64,000 nt of DNA from a virus. Location: positions 88,441 to 152,440 of IMG/VR virus record IMGVR_UViG_3300035210_000189. The stretch is one strand, 5' to 3'. The notes under the pieces were generated by a model that saw only the letters and a list, made by a program, of their open reading frames with translations, did no database searches and was not told the origin of the DNA. This document shows positions 38,256 through 47,186 of the stretch, piece by piece. A program made the translations under genes and the position numbers. Every line of letters starts with the position of its first letter. Positions within the stretch are counted from its first letter, which is position 1.

Positions 38256-38918
38256 CTATATGTTAGCAAGTAATATGAAGGGTGAAAGTAGTATTCCACC
38301 AACCACCATAGCAACGCCTATAAAATAATAAGGTAATGACGCTTTCCAAGATTCTATTTTGTATAAAAATTTATCAATATAGCTGGCTTCAGCCGTAATT
38401 TTATAACTGTACATATTTGGCATAGTTTTATAGCACTCATTTACAGTAATAAAAAAGCTATCGTTTATATTATTTATTTGTTTTAATGTATCATCGTAAT
38501 TATTTTTACACTCTTCTAGATTTTCATTTTCATAATGATATTTCAGTTTAACTATATTTCCAGCCAATGTTTCAGTTGTTATAGTTTTTGAGTTTTTATG
38601 ATAGTTAGAAGAATTGAAACCAATGGAACTGTTGAATCTATTACCGCTACCTTCTCCAGCAGTAGTCCCAACATGGACAAAAAAATTAAAAGTTAACATC
38701 CATATTAATATTGCTATTTTTGTTTTTTTAAAGGATGAAAAGAAACTGTCTAAAAAAATTACAAATGGTCTTAATGTAAATCGGTAAGTATTGTATATTA
38801 TCTTTACACATATAAATTCAAATACATTATAAAATAAATCCCATAATCCCAACCTGTCTAATGATTTACCAACATCAGCAGTTAAGATCTCTTTTATTTT
38901 ATTTATTATTTTTTTCAT
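38256..38918 (-). CDS. membrane protein
   Basis: TM segments; paralogous C-terminal half. Confidence 0.65.
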   Translation of the reverse strand: MKKIINKIKEILTADVGKSLDRLGLWDLFYNVFEFICVKIIYNTYRFTLRPFVIFLDSFFSSFKKTKIAILIWMLTFNFFVHVGTTAGEGSGNRFNSSIGFNSSNYHKNSKTITTETLAGNIVKLKYHYENENLEECKNNYDDTLKQINNINDSFFITVNECYKTMPNMYSYKITAEASYIDKFLYKIESWKASLPYYFIGVAMVVGGILLSPFILLANI

Positions 38919-39889
38919 GGTTTTAAACTCGTTTTAGGTTTAATTTTGTTTTCCAATGGTGGATCTACTTCAATAGCTACTTCTGGCGTTGGTTTACTAT
39001 TTAACTTCTCTAACAACTTTACTGTGTAATAAGCATCATTCCCACTGTTGTGCAGTTCTTTCTTTGTATACTCTATTCCATATTCAGTTAAGAGTTCATG
39101 AAGGGGTTTTTGTTTACCGTGAAATGTTTGTGTATCCAAAATATTTAATTGACTGTAATCATCAAGCCATATGCCATGAATGTTAAATAATTTGATGTCT
39201 TCTTGATGAGAGTGAAATAAAGCATAATCAGCAATGGATAATTGATTTTTAACAATATCTGTCATCTTGTCTAATGAGATAATTTCCGTTTCGCCATATC
39301 TAAATCTTTTTTGTAGGCTACTATCACTCTTGGTCTGGTAAGCCGTATCAATGAGATAATGTTTGGATATCATGTTGTCGCCTTGCTTAACGGTCATCCC
39401 CATTTCAGTAATCAACGACTTCTTATGAGAAAACTCAAAATCAATGGAGACAATTCTTTTCTGTTCTATGTCTTCTGGCATTTCTCTGAGGTGTTTATCT
39501 TTTAACGCTAGTCTTGATTTTTTAAGTCTATCTAACACTCTAATACTGTTGCCATCTTTCATTTTTTGTGAGATGGCTCTTTTAACATCAATTAAATTAT
39601 TTACTTTAAAGTGTTCCATTTCTTTGTATATATCTGGATTGGCTACACCCACTCTTTTTATTTTGAAGCCTCTTTCTAGTTTAATGGAACCTAATAAAAT
39701 TATTTTCTCAAAGTCATCTTGCGAGATATGAACTTCATCTGTTGCTTTCGGCAAATAAAGATTTTCAACATTGAGATTATTGAAAATATTCATGTCGCTG
39801 TAAAAAGCTAATATTTGTTTTTGAAACTTTGGATTCTTGGTAGTATTGATGAAAGCTTTGCGTATTTTGTTTGTACTGTAATAGTTCAT
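38915..39889 (-). CDS. DEDD-superfamily 3'-5' exonuclease-like protein
   Basis: VSIDFEF, H...D, ILDTQ, LHNSGNDAYYT. Confidence 0.75.
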   Translation of the reverse strand: MNYYSTNKIRKAFINTTKNPKFQKQILAFYSDMNIFNNLNVENLYLPKATDEVHISQDDFEKIILLGSIKLERGFKIKRVGVANPDIYKEMEHFKVNNLIDVKRAISQKMKDGNSIRVLDRLKKSRLALKDKHLREMPEDIEQKRIVSIDFEFSHKKSLITEMGMTVKQGDNMISKHYLIDTAYQTKSDSSLQKRFRYGETEIISLDKMTDIVKNQLSIADYALFHSHQEDIKLFNIHGIWLDDYSQLNILDTQTFHGKQKPLHELLTEYGIEYTKKELHNSGNDAYYTVKLLEKLNSKPTPEVAIEVDPPLENKIKPKTSLKP

Positions 39890-40029
39890 GTTTAAGTATA
39901 TATCTATTTGTTTATTACATTGTACCATTAAAGCTAAATAAGAAAAGTTGCGGATATTTTTTCGCATTTAATTCTTGCGTTTATTCTCATTATTTACTAT
40001 AATAATTTAATTATTTTTAGGAGTTCATC

Positions 40030-41025
40030 ATGTCAAAGATCTTAACTGGCGATAGGCCAACAGGTTCACTTCACCTTGGACATTTTGTAGGTTCGCTACG
40101 AAACCGAGTAGAACTGCAGTACCTGCACCAGCAAACGATCTTGATTGCTGACAATCAGGCATTGACTGACAACATGGGTAATCCTACCAAAGTGCGTGAT
40201 AACGTCATTGAAGTCGCCAAAGACTATCTGGCTTGTGGTATTGACCCGAATATGACTACGATTTGTGTTCAATCACATCTTCCAGCTATTGCCGAACTGA
40301 CTTTGTTGTATCTAAACCTTGTCACTGTCTCTCGCTTAGAACGGAATCCTACCATTCGTGATGAGATTAAAGCTAAAAATTTCGAACGCAGTATTCCAGC
40401 AGGGTTCTTAGCGTATCCCGTTGCACAAGCGGCAGATATCACAGCGTTCAAAGCTGACCTTGTTCCAGTCGGTGAAGACCAGCTTCCGTTAATTGAGCAA
40501 GCGAATGAGATTGTTCACAAGCTTAATACCCAGATAGGTTTTGAGATTGTACCTGCGATCAAAGCTCTTACATCGACAGTAGGACGACTGCCAAGCTTCG
40601 ATGGTAAGTCTAAAATGAGCAAATCGCTCGGTAATACTATTAATCTATACGCAAGCATGAAAGACATTCAAAAAGCCGTCAATTTGATGTTTACTGACAG
40701 CAATCACTTAAAGGTTGAAGATCCCGGCCAAGTAGAAGGTAACGTAGTGTTCACCTACCTTGATGCTTTCGATCCTGATGTTGATGAGGTGGCGAACCTT
40801 AAAGAGTTCTATCAACGTGGAGGGTTAGGTGATGGCACATTGAAAAAGCGTCTGGTTGGTGTTTTAGAAACGGTGATTGCTCCTATCAGAGAGAAACGTC
40901 TATTGTTGAATAACCAGCATGATTTTGTGCTTGATGTCTTGAAGCAGGGGACATTGAAAGCCTTAACAGAAACGAACCAGAACGTCAATGAAATTAAGGA
41001 CGCTTTTGGGTTTTTCAAGTTCTAA
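40030..41025 (+). CDS. trpS: tryptophanyl-tRNA synthetase
   Basis: TGDRPTGSLHLGH, YPVAQAADI, VPVGEDQ, KMSKS. Confidence 0.98.
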   Translation: MSKILTGDRPTGSLHLGHFVGSLRNRVELQYLHQQTILIADNQALTDNMGNPTKVRDNVIEVAKDYLACGIDPNMTTICVQSHLPAIAELTLLYLNLVTVSRLERNPTIRDEIKAKNFERSIPAGFLAYPVAQAADITAFKADLVPVGEDQLPLIEQANEIVHKLNTQIGFEIVPAIKALTSTVGRLPSFDGKSKMSKSLGNTINLYASMKDIQKAVNLMFTDSNHLKVEDPGQVEGNVVFTYLDAFDPDVDEVANLKEFYQRGGLGDGTLKKRLVGVLETVIAPIREKRLLLNNQHDFVLDVLKQGTLKALTETNQNVNEIKDAFGFFKF

Positions 41026-41054
41026 AATATTTTCAAAAATAGTGAAAAAAGTGC

Positions 41055-41083
41055 TTGCCACGATGAACGGTTTTCGGTATTAT
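41055..41083 (+). promoter_or_regulatory. sigma70 promoter for the minigene-array RNA
   Basis: TTGCCA-17 bp-TATTAT with A-rich upstream tract. Confidence 0.75.
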
Positions 41084-41138
41084 AGACACATCAAGACGAG
41101 AACAAGAACCCTAACGAAAACAAACAGTTATACTAATC

Positions 41139-41482
41139 AAGTGCCCGAGGTGAACTACCGATGGAGTAAGTAATCAAATTAGAGAATGAGACTATTTAAT
41201 ATGATGATACTAGCTTTAAACTAAACATTAACCACTTGACAATTAGATAAGTGCCAGAGGTGAACTAGGAATGCCGTAATACACTAAAATTAGATAATTA
41301 AATTGATGATATAATATTAGAGTATAACAAACACATAAACATTCACTTTAAAATCGTTTAAAATGAAGTGCTCGGAGGTGAGCTGCCCATGCCGTAGTCA
41401 ACAACTATTAGATAATTAAACTTATTATAGATGATGATATTAGAATGGAAATGAATCAAGCGGTGCGGTTTTTTTAAGTGGC
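41139..41482 (+). repeat. three ~110-nt degenerate repeats, each with an SD-ATG-codon-stop minigene
   Basis: AAGTG at 41139, 41249, 41366 and 41476; ATGGAGTAA 41161, ATGCCGTAA 41271, ATGCCGTAG 41389, each 8 nt after GAGGTG. Confidence 0.85.
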
Positions 41483-41519
41483 AATTTAACGCCCTCCACC
41501 AATTGATTAAAGCAACACG

Positions 41520-41549
41520 AAAAAGACCTAGGAATAGGTCTTTTTTTTT
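41520..41549 (+). terminator. intrinsic terminator
   Basis: AAAAAGACCTA-GGAA-TAGGTC followed by a T tract. Confidence 0.9.
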
Positions 41550-41656
41550 GCGTTCATATAGTAAAAAGTTCTTGCATTATATTTAAAAGTATGATCGACT
41601 CTTTACTTTTTGTATTTTTATAGTATGATGTTGAAGACCAACAGTAAGGAGGACGT

Positions 41657-41941
41657 ATGAATAAAAATACAGTTCCGATTGCTCTGGCGGCTTTATTGCC
41701 TGTTGCTTATGGAGTTAGAAGACTCATTAAAACTAAAGCAACTGAACAAACTGAAATGAATCAACTTCTCGGAGATCATTTCAAGGATGAATACAAAAAT
41801 TTGAAATTGACCTCCCACCAAAGAAAAGAGATTTATTCAGTTCTTAAGAATAAAGCTGCTGACGCCAATCATGACATTAAACACATACTTAATGATACAC
41901 AACTTAGTCTATACGAAAAAATTCGTAATAAACTTCATTAA
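41657..41941 (+). CDS. LTXXQ-motif protein
   Basis: AAGGAGG SD; LKLTSHQ...ILNDTQ. Confidence 0.65.
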   Translation: MNKNTVPIALAALLPVAYGVRRLIKTKATEQTEMNQLLGDHFKDEYKNLKLTSHQRKEIYSVLKNKAADANHDIKHILNDTQLSLYEKIRNKLH

Positions 41942-41996
41942 GTATCAAATAAAACATGAAACAAATTTAACTAAATTAACTTTGGAGGCTACACTT

Positions 41997-42344
41997 ATGA
42001 AAAAATTACTACTTATTACTGCACTTACATCATTAATGGCTCTATCCGCTAGCTCTTTTGCAGCAGATACTTCAGGTTCTATGTATGGGGCGACTGATAG
42101 CATGAAGAATACCACGTCAGAAATGAAAGGCCACATGGGGGCTAAAATGATGAAAGGCAAGATGGAAGCTGATGCGGCTAGACTTAATCTAACCCCCGAT
42201 CAGAAAACAAAAATTGATGGTTTAATGAAAGAGAGCAAAATGAAACTTGATACCGACATCAAAGCTGTCTTAGATGACAAACAAAAAGTGGAATTTGATA
42301 AAATTCAAGCTGAACATAAAGAAGCTTGGTCAAAAATGAAATAA
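41997..42344 (+). CDS. Spy/CpxP-like periplasmic protein
   Basis: Signal peptide; Met-rich linker; LNLTPDQ...VLDDKQ. Confidence 0.75.
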   Translation: MKKLLLITALTSLMALSASSFAADTSGSMYGATDSMKNTTSEMKGHMGAKMMKGKMEADAARLNLTPDQKTKIDGLMKESKMKLDTDIKAVLDDKQKVEFDKIQAEHKEAWSKMK

Positions 42345-42460
42345 ATAGTGTTTACAGAATAAAGACCTAGCGATAGGTCTTTTTTTTGATTAAAAATATT
42401 GTTGTTTTCTTCGTGTTTTGGTATAATCAGTGTCATCTATTATTCCCTTGGAGCACTAAC

Positions 42461-42961
42461 ATGAACGAATTCATGACCCTTTTAAATACTTTCGCATCTC
42501 TCAAAATGACTGATCACTCCAACCTCACGCCGATGATTGATATTAAATTCAACGTGGCAAGTGAGCAATATTCCTTGGCTGCAAATCAAATTCGACAGAA
42601 TATTCAAAAAATGCAACAGCGTACTCCTAGTCTGGCCTACGAACATGCTGGCATTCAGTTTCTCGAAATGATTCATAATAGTATTCTTGATATGGATCAT
42701 AAATACCACAACGAATATATGATTGGTTTGTTTGAGTTGATTAAAAAGAACCTTTCAATGGCTAATTTAAATAATGAATTGCTCTCTTTTCAAGCTTATA
42801 GTCAAGATCTCAATAAACAAGAATCAAAAAACGCTTTGATTGACTTTATGAAGACTCTTAATAAAAAAGATTTTAAACATAAGCAAGCTGTAATCCTTTT
42901 TGTTGCTCAAATGTTGGCTACTCACGATTACTTGGTTTCGTTGAAGGATCAATATTTGTGA
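42461..42961 (+). CDS. hypothetical protein (paralog of 43669)
   Basis: SLAA..IR, IQ.L.MIHN, LFELI, LK.QY shared. Confidence 0.75.
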   Translation: MNEFMTLLNTFASLKMTDHSNLTPMIDIKFNVASEQYSLAANQIRQNIQKMQQRTPSLAYEHAGIQFLEMIHNSILDMDHKYHNEYMIGLFELIKKNLSMANLNNELLSFQAYSQDLNKQESKNALIDFMKTLNKKDFKHKQAVILFVAQMLATHDYLVSLKDQYL

Positions 42962-43602
42962 GTATGACTGAAGTCAACACTAATGGTTCAGTTTTTGACG
43001 ATTATTCCTCTATAATTTCTGATCTTCAGTCAAACTTGTTGAGTGTTATAGATAATGTTAATAGAAAATTTAACATTCATCTCACTGTTGATGTTAAAAA
43101 TAAAGGCAACACGATTATTATTAAAGGAGAAGAAGAATATTCTTTTCCTATTTATAAATGGTTTCAACATGGTGTAGCTTCCCATATACCTACTATTAAA
43201 TTGGATTGTCACACTTTTCCATTTTATCCGTATCAATTTAAAAACGCTACATTTTCGCTTTTAGTTGATAAAAATTTTAAACTTGTTTCCGCTCATTTTA
43301 AGGGGCGGGTTGTCATTGACAATATTATTTCACATTTCGTCTTGAAATTTAATCATCATCTGGATTTAACAGAAATCTTGGCTCAGACATTAGGTGTCCG
43401 TGTCAGCACAAAATATTCAATTGCTAAAGAAGGAAAACAAATCTGTTCATTGGAAGATGAAAACTTATTCTTTAAATTTTTTCTTCACAATAAATTAGAT
43501 ACTATTAATTTACTTCCTGAATTTTTTTTTCCTTCTGCGTATGACTTCAACTCAGTCGATTTTCAAGATCGTTTAAAATTGTTTGATATGATTATTTGTT
43601 AA
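42958..43602 (+). CDS. family-B protein
   Basis: Close to 32178 (GN.IIIKG..EYSF...KWFQ); ends RLKLFDMIIC. Confidence 0.75.
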   Translation: MSMTEVNTNGSVFDDYSSIISDLQSNLLSVIDNVNRKFNIHLTVDVKNKGNTIIIKGEEEYSFPIYKWFQHGVASHIPTIKLDCHTFPFYPYQFKNATFSLLVDKNFKLVSAHFKGRVVIDNIISHFVLKFNHHLDLTEILAQTLGVRVSTKYSIAKEGKQICSLEDENLFFKFFLHNKLDTINLLPEFFFPSAYDFNSVDFQDRLKLFDMIIC

Positions 43603-43668
43603 CAAAATAAATTGTTGTTTTCGCTGTTTTCTGTTATACTTCACATCTCATTTTAATGGAGCTTTACC

Positions 43669-44163
43669 ATGAATCAACTCGTATCTTTGCTGAAAACGTT
43701 GAAATCTTTGAAGTTGAATGTTCGCACTGAAATGCCATCGGTGGATGATTTTCAGTTGTTGATTGCCACTGACAGTTGCAGTCTTGCGGCTCATCACATT
43801 CGTAAAGAAATCCAGTATCACCATGACCACAATAATCTGACAGATGATACCCATCAAATCCAGCTTCTCAAAATGATTCATAATCAGGTCATTGACAAAA
43901 GCATTGTTCAAAAGCAAGAGTATTTTGATAGCCTGTTCGAACTTATTCAATCAAATTCTGAGTTGAAGCCTATTTTGGTTTTTCACGAATTTAAAAATAG
44001 TGGTTACAAGCTGACCGAACCCGAACATTACGAAAAGTTTGTTAAGATGGGTCGAAGCTTGAACAACAAGGAATTCCAAAACAAAGAGCTTATCATTTTC
44101 TTTTGCTCTAAAATTCTGGAAACCAATGATGAAATTCAAAAACTTAAATCTCAATATTTCTAA
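43669..44163 (+). CDS. hypothetical protein (paralog of 42461)
   Basis: Same motifs as 42461. Confidence 0.75.
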   Translation: MNQLVSLLKTLKSLKLNVRTEMPSVDDFQLLIATDSCSLAAHHIRKEIQYHHDHNNLTDDTHQIQLLKMIHNQVIDKSIVQKQEYFDSLFELIQSNSELKPILVFHEFKNSGYKLTEPEHYEKFVKMGRSLNNKEFQNKELIIFFCSKILETNDEIQKLKSQYF

Positions 44164-44276
44164 ATTTTTGACAGCAACATTAAGAAATATGTTGCATTAA
44201 ACTCTAAAATTAGGTATTATGAAGATCTTAAATCAAACAACGCAATTTTATTAACTTACTTAAAGGAGAACTCATT

Positions 44277-44297
44277 ATGTCTAAATTTTTACGTTAA
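44277..44297 (+). CDS. leader mini-ORF MSKFLR
   Basis: AAAGGAG SD; ATG TCT AAA TTT TTA CGT TAA; 17 nt before the next ATG. Confidence 0.55.
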   Translation: MSKFLR

Positions 44298-44314
44298 TTT
44301 AGAGGACTTTAAAA

Positions 44315-44644
44315 ATGAGCAAAACAATCCGCCGCAAAAACGAGATGACCAATTTCGGTAAACTCTTCATGTTCAGCGAACGTGATTTGGACGAAAACGG
44401 ACTGATCGAATACCATTGGGATAAAGCCTATGTTGGCTTGACCTTGGAAGAAGCGAACATCAAACGCAAGCAGTGGTTCCATTCCTGCAATGGGCCACGG
44501 TTCGATTACTGCCCCGGCAAAGCTTACCGTCAGGAATACAGGGCGAAAAGCAAGCAACAACTCAGGGAGCAGTTGAACACCCTCGATGACTACGAGGCCG
44601 TAGCTATCGACAAGCTGTGCAACGATTGGCGTTTCTGGATGTGA
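44315..44644 (+). CDS. hypothetical protein (MSKTIRRK...)
   Basis: GAGGA SD; codon usage GC-richer than the neighbours; terminator follows. Confidence 0.8.
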   Translation: MSKTIRRKNEMTNFGKLFMFSERDLDENGLIEYHWDKAYVGLTLEEANIKRKQWFHSCNGPRFDYCPGKAYRQEYRAKSKQQLREQLNTLDDYEAVAIDKLCNDWRFWM

Positions 44645-44697
44645 TTAAAAGGAAGACCTTTTTCGAAAGGTCTTTTTTATTTCTAAGGATTTATAAA

Positions 44698-45117
44698 ATG
44701 AAGAAAATTAAGGTTTATCGGTTGGAAAATATCAATAATCTTGGGCCATTTAGAGGTGGTCACAGGAATGAAGCTAACCTCTTGAAAGGTCATTTCGGCA
44801 TTCGCAATTGTCTGATTGACTATAAAGTCATGAAACCTCGGATGTTTAAAAAATTTGCTAAGAATGGTTGGCGGTGTGCTTGGAGTGTGGAAGAAGACTT
44901 CGATAACTGGCTTAATGACCATGCTGCCTATTTTGAGTCGTTAGGCTATTTTAAAGTGGCTTATGAGGTGTCTCAATACAAACTCTGTGGCGATCAAAAG
45001 CTTTTTTATATTGATGAAAAACTAGATGAGTATGTTTACTGTGATGTTGTAGGTCATCAGGTCTTTTTCAATCCAAAAAATGCATCAAAACTTAAACCCA
45101 TTCATCTTAATGCTTGA
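44698..45117 (+). CDS. hypothetical phage-type protein (VYRLE...GPF)
   Basis: AAGGA SD. Confidence 0.65.
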   Translation: MKKIKVYRLENINNLGPFRGGHRNEANLLKGHFGIRNCLIDYKVMKPRMFKKFAKNGWRCAWSVEEDFDNWLNDHAAYFESLGYFKVAYEVSQYKLCGDQKLFYIDEKLDEYVYCDVVGHQVFFNPKNASKLKPIHLNA

Positions 45118-45265
45118 CCTTATTGTCAGGTTTCTCTATAATAGTTGTTTTGAAATCAACTATATATAAGGAGGACTTATGAGTGGAGATGCGTCTTAAA
45201 TCATAGCTACATTTATATTTGTTAACTGGCACTGAATGGTTTTCCATTCGGTGTTTTTCTTATTT
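45114..45265 (+). promoter_or_regulatory. frr leader: promoter, uORF MSGDAS (45179-45199), terminator-like hairpin
   Basis: TTGACC-17-TATAAT; AAGGAGG SD; 12-bp hairpin 45228-45255 running into TTTTTCTTATTT. Confidence 0.65.
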
Positions 45266-45287
45266 GTTTAATTTAAAGGAACTTATC

Positions 45288-45842
45288 ATGACTAATGTAA
45301 AAAAAGAAACACAAAAAGAATTATCAAAAGCCATTGAGTCGTTGAAAATTACATTGGCGAAAATTCGAACAGGTCGAGCACATCCCAGCTTACTGGATTC
45401 AGTCATTGTTGAACACCAGAATACAAAATCACCACTTAAACAAATGGCAACTATCGTTGTAGAAGACGCTCGCACACTCAAAGTAGTGGCATTTGACCCC
45501 AAATCAGTAGGAGCTATCACAAAGTCTATCTTGAACGCTGGACTAGGCTTAAATCCTTCAAATACTGGCACCAACATTTATGTTCCTCTACCTGCACTGA
45601 CAGAAGAAACACGCAAAATGTATATCAAGCAGTTACGTCAGAATATTGAAAGTGCTCGCATTGTTGTTCGTAATCTTCGTAGAGATGCTTTCACTGCCTA
45701 TAAGAAACAATTGAAGAATAAAGAAATCAACGAAAACGATGAAAAACGATTGAGTAATTCTATTCAGAAAGACGTTGATGAGACGATGGCTATTATTGAT
45801 GGACTATTAACTCAAAAAGAAAAAGAAATCATGGCTATTTAA
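45288..45842 (+). CDS. frr: ribosome recycling factor
   Basis: KIRTGRAHPS, LGLNP, PALTEETRK, VRNLRRDA; 184 aa. Confidence 0.97.
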   Translation: MTNVKKETQKELSKAIESLKITLAKIRTGRAHPSLLDSVIVEHQNTKSPLKQMATIVVEDARTLKVVAFDPKSVGAITKSILNAGLGLNPSNTGTNIYVPLPALTEETRKMYIKQLRQNIESARIVVRNLRRDAFTAYKKQLKNKEINENDEKRLSNSIQKDVDETMAIIDGLLTQKEKEIMAI

Positions 45843-45879
45843 TATTGACTTTTTAAGTGTTATTTGTTATAATCTCATA

Positions 45880-46285
45880 TTATTACGGTTATAAAAGATT
45901 TCAGTAATAGCTCCTGCGTGTGTTATTACTGGATGTGGAAAGCGGACGACAGCTAACAGTTTGGCCTTGAATTCTGTGTTGTTTTGCTTAAAAAATCAAA
46001 GGTAGTGTTCTGCTAAGGGATCTTTTGCAGAGGACATGAGCTTAAAAATGAGATTATGCACAGAAAGATGTGTAGTCAAAAAAAGACCGGCGAAGTGAGT
46101 TTAGTTCAGACAACCTTCGTGACATTACCCCGAGCTTTCCTAATTAAAAAGGAACCTCAACTGGATAATACAACTGAATTGTTTCCACCATGCAGGTTGT
46201 GTGTCAGGTCTTTACCAAATGGCTTTCATCGCCGCCTGACCCCTTATTTAAAAAGAAGGCTACTATTCATTTAGTGGCCTTTTTT
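45880..46285 (+). ncRNA. candidate ~400-nt structured ncRNA
   Basis: Own TTGACT/TATAAT promoter at about 45846-45873; terminator at 46256-46285; long hairpins; no SD-supported ORF. Confidence 0.5.
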
Positions 46286-46347
46286 ATTTATTGTTTGAAA
46301 AATATTGCAATATATGCTAAAATTCCTTATATTTTAAAGGTCTTATT

Positions 46348-47157
46348 ATGAATTTATTAAAGCAAATGTTATGTAATTCAACTGACAAACTTTCAGCCGA
46401 TTTTCATTCGGCTGTCGCAAAAAAGCTTGTTATTCTATTACAAAAAATCTGTAAAATTGACTTATCTAATATGGATGAGATACATCCTGATTATTTTAGA
46501 TATACACCAAGTCAATCAGCAGCTAATATTTTTTATGCTTTTGCTTATAAAGGAAAATCTGGTAAAGCTATTATAAGGCGAATTGATTCTCAACTTTCTG
46601 TTATTTTCTCATTTCGGCTGGCAGATGATTACCCTACGTTACCTGCGGGGGTTCGCTTTGTTGATATTACTGTCGATGACAACTTAAATTTACAATCTGC
46701 ATTATTTCAAAATAAATTTCACTTTGGTTGTGGAGTTAACACAAATCCAAATATTTTTCCAGCTACCATAGAATACGAGACTACTAGTAAAGGATCTTTA
46801 TTAATCAATAGGGAACTTGATAGTCAATGCAACCTAAAAACATCTATCACTTATACTATTTCAGGAGTAAATGATCGCTCATTAACACTCAATAGGGATG
46901 AAAATTCATCTAAATTTAACTTATTTTTTGAAAATGATGCTTCTTTTTACACTCCATTTTTAAAAATGATGGCGATTTGTTCTCAAAGACCACCTTTATT
47001 TTATTCTGTATTCAGTGAATATCCTTCTTATGTTGACTTAACATCAAATGGCACTGAATGCTTTCAATTATTGTTAGAAACCTATCAAAGTGAATATCAA
47101 AACCATGCTATTTCTCTCCATGATAAATTGTTATTGCTTGATATGGTCAATGTTTAA
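46348..47157 (+). CDS. family-A array protein 1
   Basis: KL..LL...C.IDLS; VD.NLN; FYSVF.EYP; ends LLLDMVNV. Confidence 0.8.
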   Translation: MNLLKQMLCNSTDKLSADFHSAVAKKLVILLQKICKIDLSNMDEIHPDYFRYTPSQSAANIFYAFAYKGKSGKAIIRRIDSQLSVIFSFRLADDYPTLPAGVRFVDITVDDNLNLQSALFQNKFHFGCGVNTNPNIFPATIEYETTSKGSLLINRELDSQCNLKTSITYTISGVNDRSLTLNRDENSSKFNLFFENDASFYTPFLKMMAICSQRPPLFYSVFSEYPSYVDLTSNGTECFQLLLETYQSEYQNHAISLHDKLLLLDMVNV

Positions 47158-47186
47158 AAACGTATGTTAAATATTTGGAGTAACTA

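Noticed and set aside
41139-41482. CRISPR array, T-box leader or ToxI-like antitoxin repeats
   Set aside because: Repeats are degenerate, the intervening DNA is partly conserved, and no cas gene is visible. The region lies downstream of trpS and has no T-box sequence. AAGTGC/AGGTGA words recall ToxI, but the GGT/ACC stem exists only in copy 1 and no ToxN-like gene follows.
45880-46285. tmRNA or RNase P RNA
   Set aside because: CCACCA is present, but there is no T-arm, no G3.U70 acceptor and no RNase P conserved regions.
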